A program made the position numbers and the translations under genes. From a virus, in the IMG/VR virus record IMGVR_UViG_3300002461_000080, positions 1-47,770 of that record: a stretch of 47,770 nt of DNA; one strand, written 5' to 3'. Position 1 is the stretch's first letter. Every line of letters begins with the position of its first letter. The notes beneath the pieces are model-generated. The model saw only the letters and a program-made list of their open reading frames with translations. It made no database searches and was not told the DNA's origin. Of this stretch, positions 1 to 7,465 are shown piece by piece.

Positions 1-94
1 CCGCCACTGCGGCAGCCGAGCGCGTCCTGCCACTTCTGAGGCCGGACCGCCGTGAGCGGCAGCCTGAACGCGGCCAGCACGCCCTGAATGTTCC
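1..94. repeat. Terminal direct repeat copy 1, identical to 47677..47770. Likely a closure overlap of a circular or circularly permuted genome.
   Basis: Bases 1-94 match the last 94 bases of the window base for base. Joining the ends restores one in-frame ORF. Confidence 0.95.
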
Positions 95-344
95 CGAGCC
101 CGCATCCGAACGTGAACGCGCTCACGACGCCCATCTGCGGAGTCGCATGCACGAACTCGGTGTAGACCTTGCTCCGCTCCGGCAGCGTCGCCACGAACGC
201 CGCCAGCTCGTCGACCGTCGCCGGCATCCGACGCGCTGCCAGCACCTTGCCGCGCCGGCTCAGGACCGCGATGCCCCCACCCTTGCCCGGATCGATGCCG
301 ACGATGCAGCTCACCCGGAGATTCTTGACAGAAACCTTCGCCAT
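1..344 (-). CDS. ruvC: RuvC-like Holliday junction resolvase, 5-prime part. The gene wraps the contig junction and continues at 47676 down to 47535.
   Basis: ATG at 344 lies 1 nt after the dnaB stop. The translation is MAKVSVKNLRVSCIVGIDPGKGGGIAVL..YTEFVHA, with the GIDPG catalytic Asp motif. The phase matches ORF 47535..47756 across the 94-bp overlap, giving 486 nt / 161 aa in total. Confidence 0.85.
   Translation of the reverse strand, partial: MAKVSVKNLRVSCIVGIDPGKGGGIAVLSRRGKVLAARRMPATVDELAAFVATLPERSKVYTEFVHATPQMGVVSAFTFGCGLGNIQGVLAAFRLPLTAVRPQKWQDALGCRSG
321..336 (+). promoter_or_regulatory. Inverted copy of the phage 12-mer TTGACAGAAACC, which reads on the plus strand at 325..336.
   Basis: Exact 12-mer match to the three minus-strand copies. 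It overlaps ruvC codons 3-7 (KVSVK). No convincing -10 follows it on the plus strand. Confidence 0.4.
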
Positions 345-345
345 G

Positions 346-1812
346 TCAAATCGTGACCTTCCGGCGATGCTTGGCAATCGCCTTGCCCTTCGCGGCCCGC
401 TGCTCCTCCGCCTCCGCCGCCGCCTCGTCCTCCGGCGTGATGACGTCGTCGCAGTCGTCGAACCGGACCGTGTCCTTGTGGAACGTGAGCAGCTCGGTCC
501 CGGTCGGACCGTTGCGGTTCTTCTCGACGATGAACTCGGTGCGCCCGCCCTCCTTGTGATTCTTCCGGTGGAGCATGCCGACGATGTCCGCGTCCTGCTC
601 GAGCCCACCACTTTCGCGAAGGTCCTCGAGCTTCGGACGCCCGCCGCCGGTGCGCTTGAGCTGCGACGCGATGATGAACGCCACGCCTAGCTCGCCGGCC
701 AGGACCTTCAACCGTCGCGAGATGTCGGCCAGCTCCTCCGTCCTCGTCGCGTTGCGCCGCTGGAGTGACCCCTGCATCAGTTGCACGTAGTCGAGCGCGA
801 CGAGGTCGAGCCGGCCCTCCTCCGCCTGGACACGTCGACACTCGGCCCGCACGTCGCCCACTGTGAGGCCCGGCGTGTCGTCGATGTAGATGCCGGCGTT
901 GTGCATCCGCTCGATCGCCGCGTTCAGCGCCCGCCAGTCGTCGGAACCGGCCGCCGCCATGTAGCCGGCCGCGAGTCGGAGCGCCGGGATGCCGCTCAGC
1001 GACGACAGGAACCGATACTCGAGCTGTCGAGCCTTCATCTCCATCGAGAACACGAGCGCCACGCGCCGGCCGGCGTCGCCCTCCGGCAGCGCGAACTCCG
1101 CCGCCGCCATCAGCGTGTTGCACAGAAGCGCCGTCTTGCCCATCGACGGCCGCGCCGCGAAGATGATGAGGTCGCCGGCCTGCCAGCCGTTCGTCAGGTC
1201 GTTGATCTTCTTGAACCCGGTGTCGAGCCCGGTCAGCTTGCCCCGGTTCGCGACGCGGAACTCGAGGTCGGCCATCAGCGCCGAGCTGCGCGACGCCAGG
1301 GACGTGACGTCGGTCCGTCGCCCGCCGTGGCGGAGCTGCACGATCTCCCGGTCGACGTCCTCGAGCACGACGTCGATCTCGAGGTCCTGCTCGTAGGTCG
1401 CCGCGACGCCCTTGTTGAGCGCGTAGATGAGCGCCCGGCTGCGCGACTTCTGCCGCACGATGTCCGCGTAGTAGCGGACGTTAGTCGAGCGCGGCACGCC
1501 GTCGACGAGACTCGCGAGGTAGGCGGCGCCGCCGGCGTCCTCGAGGTCGCCGCGCCGCGTCATCTCCTCGCGGAGCAGCACGAAATCGACCGCGCCGCCA
1601 GGACGCTCGAGCAGCGACACCATCGCCTCGAAGATCCGCCGGTGCGCGTCGCGGAAGAAATCCGCCGGCTTCACCACCCGCGCCGCCTCGACGTAGGCCG
1701 CGTTGTTGATGAGCACCGCGCCGAGCACCGAACGCTCCGCGTCGAGATTGTGCGGCAGACTGCGCTCCGGCGCCGATTCGGCGCGCGGGTCCGCGCCGCG
1801 TTGCCGGCTCAC
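346..1812 (-). CDS. dnaB: Replicative DNA helicase, DnaB family.
   Basis: 488 aa. It has the DnaB N-terminal motif LPHNLDAERSVLGAVL, the Walker A motif ARPSMGKTALL and a RecA-like C-terminal domain. The GTG start overlaps the upstream stop (GTGA). Confidence 0.93.
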   Translation of the reverse strand: MSRQRGADPRAESAPERSLPHNLDAERSVLGAVLINNAAYVEAARVVKPADFFRDAHRRIFEAMVSLLERPGGAVDFVLLREEMTRRGDLEDAGGAAYLASLVDGVPRSTNVRYYADIVRQKSRSRALIYALNKGVAATYEQDLEIDVVLEDVDREIVQLRHGGRRTDVTSLASRSSALMADLEFRVANRGKLTGLDTGFKKINDLTNGWQAGDLIIFAARPSMGKTALLCNTLMAAAEFALPEGDAGRRVALVFSMEMKARQLEYRFLSSLSGIPALRLAAGYMAAAGSDDWRALNAAIERMHNAGIYIDDTPGLTVGDVRAECRRVQAEEGRLDLVALDYVQLMQGSLQRRNATRTEELADISRRLKVLAGELGVAFIIASQLKRTGGGRPKLEDLRESGGLEQDADIVGMLHRKNHKEGGRTEFIVEKNRNGPTGTELLTFHKDTVRFDDCDDVITPEDEAAAEAEEQRAAKGKAIAKHRRKVTI

Positions 1813-2285
1813 TGCCGCATCTCCGCGATCGAGCGCCGCGTGTGCTCGACGTCGGAGCGGCAGGGCGGCTTGTGTTTACAGCCAGCCGGCGCGTTGCCGC
1901 CCTCGAGCAGCTCGCCCTGGTCGGCGCCGTGCTGGTTGATCGTCGACGCGAACATCGACAGCGAGTGACTGACCTTCCCGTAGAACGGATCGTCGTTCGT
2001 GATGTAGCGCGGGATGCGCGCCAGGACCTCGTCGACCGGCATCGCCTTGAGCAGCCGCTTCACGGCCTGAGCATCCTTCGCGCCGACGAACACGTAGTCG
2101 CGACCGTAGCGTTTGCGCCACGCCAGCATGAACGCATCGCTGACGCGCTTCATCTGCTGCCCCAGGGTTTCCGAGCCCTCGAGCTTCGCCTCGAGCGCCT
2201 TCACCAGCTCGCCGCCACGCTCGAGCAGCGCCCGCATATCGCCCACGAACTTCCGCACATCCTCAACCTTCAACGTGTCACCCAT
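1809..2285 (-). CDS. Hypothetical protein. Its position suggests a helicase loader or replication organiser.
   Basis: 158 aa. A strong SD (AGGAGAG) precedes the ATG at 2285, and the stop overlaps the dnaB start. No catalytic motif was recognised. Confidence 0.7.
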   Translation of the reverse strand: MGDTLKVEDVRKFVGDMRALLERGGELVKALEAKLEGSETLGQQMKRVSDAFMLAWRKRYGRDYVFVGAKDAQAVKRLLKAMPVDEVLARIPRYITNDDPFYGKVSHSLSMFASTINQHGADQGELLEGGNAPAGCKHKPPCRSDVEHTRRSIAEMRQ

Positions 2286-2785
2286 TGGGCTCTCCTACTC
2301 TCGAACCTAGTGATGATCTCCAATCGATCATCCCGGAGGTTTCAGCCGGAATTGGCAAGGCTCCCCTATGCAGTCCGGGCAGCCTCGCCGTTGGTTGTCG
2401 GTTCGCTTTGCAGCTCCGTCCTACGGCCCGCAGTGACGCACGACGCCCTGCGGATGGTCAGACTATCGTCGGCGTCGTGCGCCGTCCCCTGCGGGCTCTA
2501 ACCTCGAGGCCCCACCCTGCGCGCTGAGCAGCTCCCGGTAGCGCGCTTCTATGGCCGATGCACCCCGGTGGCGTCGCTTGGCTCCCGGTGCGTCGGTGAT
2601 GGGTTGTGTGCGAGAATTGGCGGGTCCTCACCGACCGGCGTCGACGGGACCTTGACCCTTCCACCTCCGCCGGTCGGCTGACCAATGCGGGCGCCGTGAG
2701 CCCAACACTCACGGCGCCCGTGGACTTTAAGCGTCCCGGTTCTCGGAACGCAACACCCCAACAGGTAGTAGCGAACAGACGGCGA
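2286..2785. other. 500-bp non-coding region packed with GC-rich stem-loops. Candidate ncRNA, structured leader or replication origin.
   Basis: No credible minus-strand ORF is present. At least six perfect or near-perfect stems of 7-13 bp were read directly from the sequence; coordinates are in the findings. Confidence 0.6.
2687..2721 (-). terminator. Strong hairpin downstream of the early operon: 12-13 bp stem, 7-nt loop, no U tract.
   Basis: GGGCGCCGTGAG (2689..2700) pairs perfectly with CTCACGGCGCCC (2708..2719), and c2688 pairs with g2720. The hairpin lies about 70 nt after the stop at 2786. The minus strand has no T run after the stem. Confidence 0.4.
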
Positions 2786-3376
2786 TCAGCGCCAGCGACA
2801 CAGCGGCGTCGCCGGCCCGATCTTCGGATCGTTGAACCGTAGCGCGTTGAGGTTCAGCGTCACCGTGCCCGCGCCGGTCCACCGCCAGGACCACATCGCG
2901 CCGCCGTGCCACCAGATCGAATCGACGTCCGTCGCCCACTTCACGCTGCCCCAGGTGAGCGGCGCTCCGATGCCGGCGTCGAAGTTTCGATGAACCTGCG
3001 CGACGCACGTCGCGATGTCGAGCACGAGCGCCGAGCGCGTCGTCGTCTCGTAGGTGAGTAGCATCCAGCGCCCGCCGACGACTCGCAGGTCGCCCGGCAG
3101 GAAATGGAACCCGTGAACGCCCAGGTCGAACGGCGGCAGCGGCGGCAGCTCCGGCGGCGGCGCCGGCTTGCCTGGAGGTCCCGGAGGTCCCGGAGGCCCC
3201 TGCGGTCCCGGAGGTCCGGGGTTGCCCTTCGGTCCCGGAGGTCCCGGCGGACCGGGCGGACACTCGACCTTGCACTCGGTCGGCGGCGGCTGCCATGTCC
3301 GCGTGAGCTGCTCAGCCTGCACGCTCGTTGCTGCGAGCGCCAGAACCACGATCGTTGATAGTGCATACTGCTTCAT
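2786..3376 (-). CDS. Secreted collagen-like protein: signal peptide, 10 G-X-Y triplets and a globular C-terminal domain.
   Basis: The ATG at 3376 has SD GAGGAGG. The N-terminus is [23 protein letters not shown]. The collagen run is [30 protein letters not shown] (3164..3253), followed by a roughly 110-aa Trp-rich C-terminal domain. Confidence 0.75.
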   Translation of the reverse strand: MKQYALSTIVVLALAATSVQAEQLTRTWQPPPTECKVECPPGPPGPPGPKGNPGPPGPQGPPGPPGPPGKPAPPPELPPLPPFDLGVHGFHFLPGDLRVVGGRWMLLTYETTTRSALVLDIATCVAQVHRNFDAGIGAPLTWGSVKWATDVDSIWWHGGAMWSWRWTGAGTVTLNLNALRFNDPKIGPATPLCRWR

Positions 3377-3535
3377 GGAACGAGCCTCCTCGGCTCGACG
3401 TTGCCCGGCGACGCCCACCGCCGCCGGGTTCTTCACACTGGAGGGAACCATGCCGGTCATCTTCTTCATCGACGCTGCTGCGATCACGATCAACTGGTTT
3501 CTCGCGTGGGGCGGCGTCTGCTACTACTACCCGGA

Positions 3536-5401
3536 CTATTGCCCCGTCGGCTGGCGCCGCTGCCGGGACATGTAGAGGTCGATGAGCTTACTCGCCTCGC
3601 CCTTCTTGATGGTTGCCGCGTGGGGAATGCGGAGCCGCCGCAACAGTGCGAGCTGCTTCGGTGACGGCTCGTCATTCAGCCACGCGGCATCCTTCGACGT
3701 CAGCTTTGTGACCGCGCGCCGATGCTGGAGGATGAACGCCTCCGCCACGCCGGCGGCGCCGTCGGACGTGATGATCTGATTCGCGATCGTGGACTGCCGG
3801 CGCTCAGGCCGGCGCTTCTCGCCCTTCTCGAGCCGCTCGGTGAACGTGAGCACGACCTCCCACCGATCGAGGTAGTCCTTGCGGACCTCGATGCGCTCGT
3901 GGCCGTTGACGCCGGCCGCATCCTTCCACGGGTATTCCATCCGATACTCGTCGTCGCTCACCTTGAGCCACGTCATCGCCCGGCCCGTGCCGAACGCGCC
4001 CAGGTCCGGCACCTTCCAGATGTCGACGAGCTGCGCCTTCGCGCGGAGCTGCTCGAGCGTCAGGTGCGCGCCGTCCTCGAACGCCTTGCTCGAGTCGAAC
4101 CGCTCGAACTCCTTCATCAGCGCGTCGTAGTCGTCGGCCAGCCGCTCGAGCGGGTCGCCCTTGCCGATGAGGCCCGGCGGCAGCCCGTAGAGCACCGGCG
4201 CCGTCTGGAGTGAATGCCGACGCGCGACGTCGACGAGGTCGATGACGACACAATCGGCCTTGCCGTCGAACAGCCGGAGCCCGCGCCCGGTCATCTGCTC
4301 GTAGAGCGTCGACGACTTCGTCGGTTTCGCGTGGAGGATGCAGCTCGCGATCGGCAGGTCCGTCCCCTCGGTCAGCACCATGCAATTCGTGAGCACGTCG
4401 AGCCCGCCGGCGCTGAACCGCTCGAGGATGGCGCGGCGCTCGTCCTTCGGCGTCTCACCGCTCACGGCTGCCGCGCGATAGCCGGCCTTGTCGAACTCCG
4501 CCGCCAGCGCGTGAGCATGCGCGACGTCGACCGTGAACGCGATCGTCGGCCGGCCTTCCGCGTGTTCCCGCCAGCCGGCGACGGCCCGCAGGTTCCGCTC
4601 GTCCGTGTTGACCGCGTCCGCCAGCTCCCGCTGGTTGAACTCGCCCCGCGCGATGCGGACGCCGTCGAGCGACGTATCCGTCTCGATGGCCCACGGCACG
4701 ATCGGCACGAGCCAGCCGTCGCTGATAGCGTCGCGGAGCGCGTAGCTGTAGGCGATCGTCTGGAACACACAGCCGAGCCCGACGGCGTCCGAGCGGTTCG
4801 GCGTCGCTGTCACGCCGACGAGAAGCTGGTCCTTCGGAGCGACGCGGTCCCACCCCTTGAGCGCCTGCTCCATCGCCGCGACGTCCGTCTCCTCCGCGCG
4901 CTCGATGTCGTCGGCGCCGTCGTTCGGCATCGCCGGCAGGAACCGGAGTCGCGCCAGGGCGGCGCGGTAGGTGCGCGCGGCCGAGTGATGCGCCTCGTCG
5001 ACGATGACGATCCGGAACTTCATCGCCTTCGTCAGCCGCTCGAGCCGCCGGAACTTCATCGCGGCGAGTGTCTGAATGCTGGCGACCACGACGTCGAGCG
5101 ACGTCGACGCGCGGCGCTCGCCCTGCTCGACGCCCACGAGCAGCCCAGGGTTCGCCGCCCGGATCTTCGCCGCCGCTTGGTCGAGCAGCTCCTCACGGTG
5201 CGCGATGACGAGCATCCGGCGCTCGCCGGCCGGGAACGTCTCGAGCCACTCGCGGATGCGCTGCCACTTCATCATCTCCGCGAACGTGACCGTCTTGCCG
5301 GTCCCGGTCGGGCTCTTGATGAGCAGCCGGTTGAGGTTCTTCTCGAGAAACGTCGTCGCGATCGCCTCGAGCTGGTCCTGCTGGTAGGGCCGGAGCTTCA
5401 C
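3536..5401 (-). CDS. Superfamily 2 DEAH-box DNA helicase.
   Basis: 621 aa from a GTG at 5401 (GTGA overlap). Motifs are SPTGTGKT (I), VDEAHH (II), TATPNR (III) and QMTGRGLR (VI). Confidence 0.88.
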   Translation of the reverse strand: MKLRPYQQDQLEAIATTFLEKNLNRLLIKSPTGTGKTVTFAEMMKWQRIREWLETFPAGERRMLVIAHREELLDQAAAKIRAANPGLLVGVEQGERRASTSLDVVVASIQTLAAMKFRRLERLTKAMKFRIVIVDEAHHSAARTYRAALARLRFLPAMPNDGADDIERAEETDVAAMEQALKGWDRVAPKDQLLVGVTATPNRSDAVGLGCVFQTIAYSYALRDAISDGWLVPIVPWAIETDTSLDGVRIARGEFNQRELADAVNTDERNLRAVAGWREHAEGRPTIAFTVDVAHAHALAAEFDKAGYRAAAVSGETPKDERRAILERFSAGGLDVLTNCMVLTEGTDLPIASCILHAKPTKSSTLYEQMTGRGLRLFDGKADCVVIDLVDVARRHSLQTAPVLYGLPPGLIGKGDPLERLADDYDALMKEFERFDSSKAFEDGAHLTLEQLRAKAQLVDIWKVPDLGAFGTGRAMTWLKVSDDEYRMEYPWKDAAGVNGHERIEVRKDYLDRWEVVLTFTERLEKGEKRRPERRQSTIANQIITSDGAAGVAEAFILQHRRAVTKLTSKDAAWLNDEPSPKQLALLRRLRIPHAATIKKGEASKLIDLYMSRQRRQPTGQ

Positions 5402-5769
5402 CGCTTCGCCCTCCGTGCCTTCGCCAGCGCCGCCGCGTTGCCGATCGGGATGCCCGCCTCGCGCTTCGTCTCGACGGCCTTGCGGGCGCCGCGCCGGCGG
5501 TTCCGCGTCGTGATCTGGTCGCGCTGCGCGGCGATCGCGGCCGTCACCGGCGGCGGCACGTAGAACCTCGAGCCGCCCTCCGCGCCGACACGCTGCACGA
5601 ATACCGTCTCGCCCTTCTCGGTCCGGATCGTGAACACGATCCACGTCTCCGTATGACCGAGCAGGTCCTTCACTTCGATGCTCGAGCGCCGCGTCTCGAC
5701 GGCGGCAGGGTTGTTGCGGAGCCGTTCCAGCTCGCGGCTGTAGGCATCAGTCGGCAGGGTGTCGTTCAT
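5398..5769 (-). CDS. Hypothetical early protein with a basic C-terminal tail.
   Basis: 123 aa. The start has an ATGA overlap with the upstream gene and the stop overlaps the helicase start. The C-terminus is RNRRRGARKAVETKR..AKARRAKR. Confidence 0.6.
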   Translation of the reverse strand: MNDTLPTDAYSRELERLRNNPAAVETRRSSIEVKDLLGHTETWIVFTIRTEKGETVFVQRVGAEGGSRFYVPPPVTAAIAAQRDQITTRNRRRGARKAVETKREAGIPIGNAAALAKARRAKR

Positions 5770-5990
5770 CGGGTCCTCGGTTCTCGTGGCCGGCCAGCGT
5801 TCGCGGGCCGGGGGTTCTTCGGGTAGCACGGCTCGACGAGGTAGTCGGTCGGGTCGAGCTTGAGCACGTCGCGCGCCTCCGCGTGCGCGTCGTCGTCGGT
5901 GTCGAAGTGCGTCGCGATCTGCGCGTCGCCATACCACCGTGGATTGGCGCCCTGCGCGTAGAAGTGACGCCCGACTCTGATGGTCCACAT
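5766..5990 (-). CDS. Hypothetical early protein.
   Basis: 74 aa. It is tightly packed between neighbouring genes in the same operon. Confidence 0.55.
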   Translation of the reverse strand: MWTIRVGRHFYAQGANPRWYGDAQIATHFDTDDDAHAEARDVLKLDPTDYLVEPCYPKNPRPANAGRPREPRTR

Positions 5991-5992
5991 GG

Positions 5993-6193
5993 TCAGCCCC
6001 TCCTCACCGTGGCCGTCGCCGGCCCTCTCACCGCCTTACGTGACTTGTTCCGCGCCGCCTTGCGTGCGAGCTGGTAGAGCTGCCCGTCGTCGAGCACGAC
6101 GTCGACGTGTGCGTCGCGCTCGAGCACGATGGACTCCCCGCCGCGCCGACGGCCCACACTCTCGCCGGCGCGGAACGTGACGACGACTCTCAC
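5993..6193 (-). CDS. Hypothetical early protein.
   Basis: 66 aa from a GTG at 6193 that overlaps the upstream stop (GTGA). It has a basic C-terminus. Confidence 0.45.
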   Translation of the reverse strand: MRVVVTFRAGESVGRRRGGESIVLERDAHVDVVLDDGQLYQLARKAARNKSRKAVRGPATATVRRG

Positions 6194-7191
6194 CGGAGCA
6201 CCGTCGTGTTCTTCGTGGCCTTGACGCCCGGCCACATCTCGACGCGCTTGCCGAGCGAACGCGCGGCCCGGTTCAGCGCCGCCGCGTCGACGATGAACAC
6301 GTCGCGCGGGATGCCGTAGCCGCCCTCGAATGCCGCGTCGCGGAACTTCTCGAGGTCGACGACCGCCGCGCTCCACTGCTCCCGGTCGCCCGTGTTGAGC
6401 GCCGGCTTCGCCGCTGCCTCGATCTTGCCCTCGTCGACGTAGACGGGCATCTCCTTCATCACATCGATCTGCGTCCGCATCGTGTGAGCGGTCCGACGCG
6501 CCTCGATCGCCTTGAGGATCTTCTCGCTCGCCAGGAGCCGCGACGCCTGCCCGTTCGGGTCCTTGAACCCGGCTTCACGCGCCGCGCGCTCGCCGGCGCC
6601 GTGCCGCATGTAGCCCTCGACGAACGCCGTCTCGCGGTCGCTGAGGTCCGGGCTCGACTCCTCCGCCCGCAGCGCCGCCGCCTCGAACTCCGCCAGCTTG
6701 CGAGCGCGGTCCGCTTCCGCCTCCGCCTCCTGCTTGCGGCGCTCCTCCTGCTCGGCCAGGGCGGCGCGGCGCTTCTCGTTGTCGACGTAGGTCGTATGCA
6801 GCCGGGTCCCGTGCTTCTCCGCGTCCTCGAGCGGGTCGGTCGCTCGAGCGCGGCCGGCCGTCGTCATCCGGTGGAGCTTCGACAGCGCCGACGTGATGAC
6901 CTCCCAATGCGCCATCGCCGCCTTGCGCGCGTCGCGTGCGTCGATGACCTCCTGCCGGATCGCCGCGTCCTGTTCCTTCGTCGTCGGCACGGCCAGCGCC
7001 ATGATGCGATCGCGGCGCTCGACGGCCGCGCGTTCGATCTGCTGCGACGTGCGGAAGAACGTCGTCAGGTTCCGCAGCCAGTCGACGATGCCGATGCTCT
7101 CGGTCGCGACGAGCGCGACCTCCTGCGGCTCCGGCTCGAGAACCTCCGGAACCGCTGCCTTCGTCGTGCCCTTCTTCGTTGCCTTTGCCAT
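6190..7191 (-). CDS. Early protein with a coiled-coil region and a terminase-small-subunit-like HTH segment.
   Basis: 333 aa from the ATG at 7191 with SD GGGAGGG. The segment SDRETAFVEGYMRHGAGERAAREAGFKDPNGQASRLLASEKILKAIE resembles the N-terminal HTH of Terminase_2-type TerS. Confidence 0.7.
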   Translation of the reverse strand: MAKATKKGTTKAAVPEVLEPEPQEVALVATESIGIVDWLRNLTTFFRTSQQIERAAVERRDRIMALAVPTTKEQDAAIRQEVIDARDARKAAMAHWEVITSALSKLHRMTTAGRARATDPLEDAEKHGTRLHTTYVDNEKRRAALAEQEERRKQEAEAEADRARKLAEFEAAALRAEESSPDLSDRETAFVEGYMRHGAGERAAREAGFKDPNGQASRLLASEKILKAIEARRTAHTMRTQIDVMKEMPVYVDEGKIEAAAKPALNTGDREQWSAAVVDLEKFRDAAFEGGYGIPRDVFIVDAAALNRAARSLGKRVEMWPGVKATKNTTVLR

Positions 7192-7201
7192 GTGACCCTC
7201 C

Positions 7202-7417
7202 CTACTGAACGCCGAGCGCACGCTCGGCACGATCGACGCTGTCGCCAGCGCCGTAGTCCTGCTCGATCTTCTCCATGAGCTGCTCGGCTTCACGCTGCTG
7301 GCGGATGAACTGCTGCCCGATACGCCCCGGCGTGAGCTTCGCGTCAGCCGCGTAGGTTTCGGCCGCGACGCGCAGCGCGTTGATGATCGTCCACTGCTCG
7401 TGATCGGTGAGCTTCAT
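7202..7417 (-). CDS. Hypothetical protein, first gene of the early operon.
   Basis: 71 aa. SD GGGAGGG precedes the ATG at 7417, and the gene is directly downstream of the motif and palindrome. Confidence 0.65.
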   Translation of the reverse strand: MKLTDHEQWTIINALRVAAETYAADAKLTPGRIGQQFIRQQREAEQLMEKIEQDYGAGDSVDRAERALGVQ

Positions 7418-7430
7418 TGTCCGGACCCTC

Positions 7431-7461
7431 CCACGTCGGCGGAATACCGCCGCCGACGTGG
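7431..7461. promoter_or_regulatory. Perfect 12-bp inverted repeat with a 7-nt spacer. Candidate operator, 5-prime stem-loop or processing site.
   Basis: CCACGTCGGCGG (7431..7442) is the exact reverse complement of CCGCCGACGTGG (7450..7461). It lies between the promoter-like motif and the SD of gene 7202..7417. Confidence 0.6.
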
Positions 7462-7465
7462 ACCG

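Noticed and set aside
1-94. The 94-bp terminal direct repeat read as a physical T7-type terminal redundancy, or as the ends of a mobile element.
   Set aside because: The repeat lies inside a coding sequence, and merging the ends restores an intact in-frame RuvC-like gene. It is a direct repeat with no adjacent transposase. An assembly closure overlap is the simpler explanation, although true termini remain untested.
2370-2380. AGTCCGGGC in the non-coding region resembles the RNase P RNA P4 segment. GGTTCGAGA near 2300 (minus strand) resembles a tRNA T-loop.
   Set aside because: The complementary P4 strand and the other universally conserved RNase P elements are absent. No acceptor or anticodon arms can be drawn around the T-loop-like string, which also overlaps the SD of gene 1809..2285.
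3377-3535. A dedicated promoter for the collagen-like gene: TTGATC, 17 nt, GATGAA on the minus strand, with a nearby GAGAAACCAG resembling the GAAACC part of the motif.
   Set aside because: Only 3 of 6 bases match the -10 consensus, and the 12-mer is not intact. This cannot be distinguished from chance by eye.
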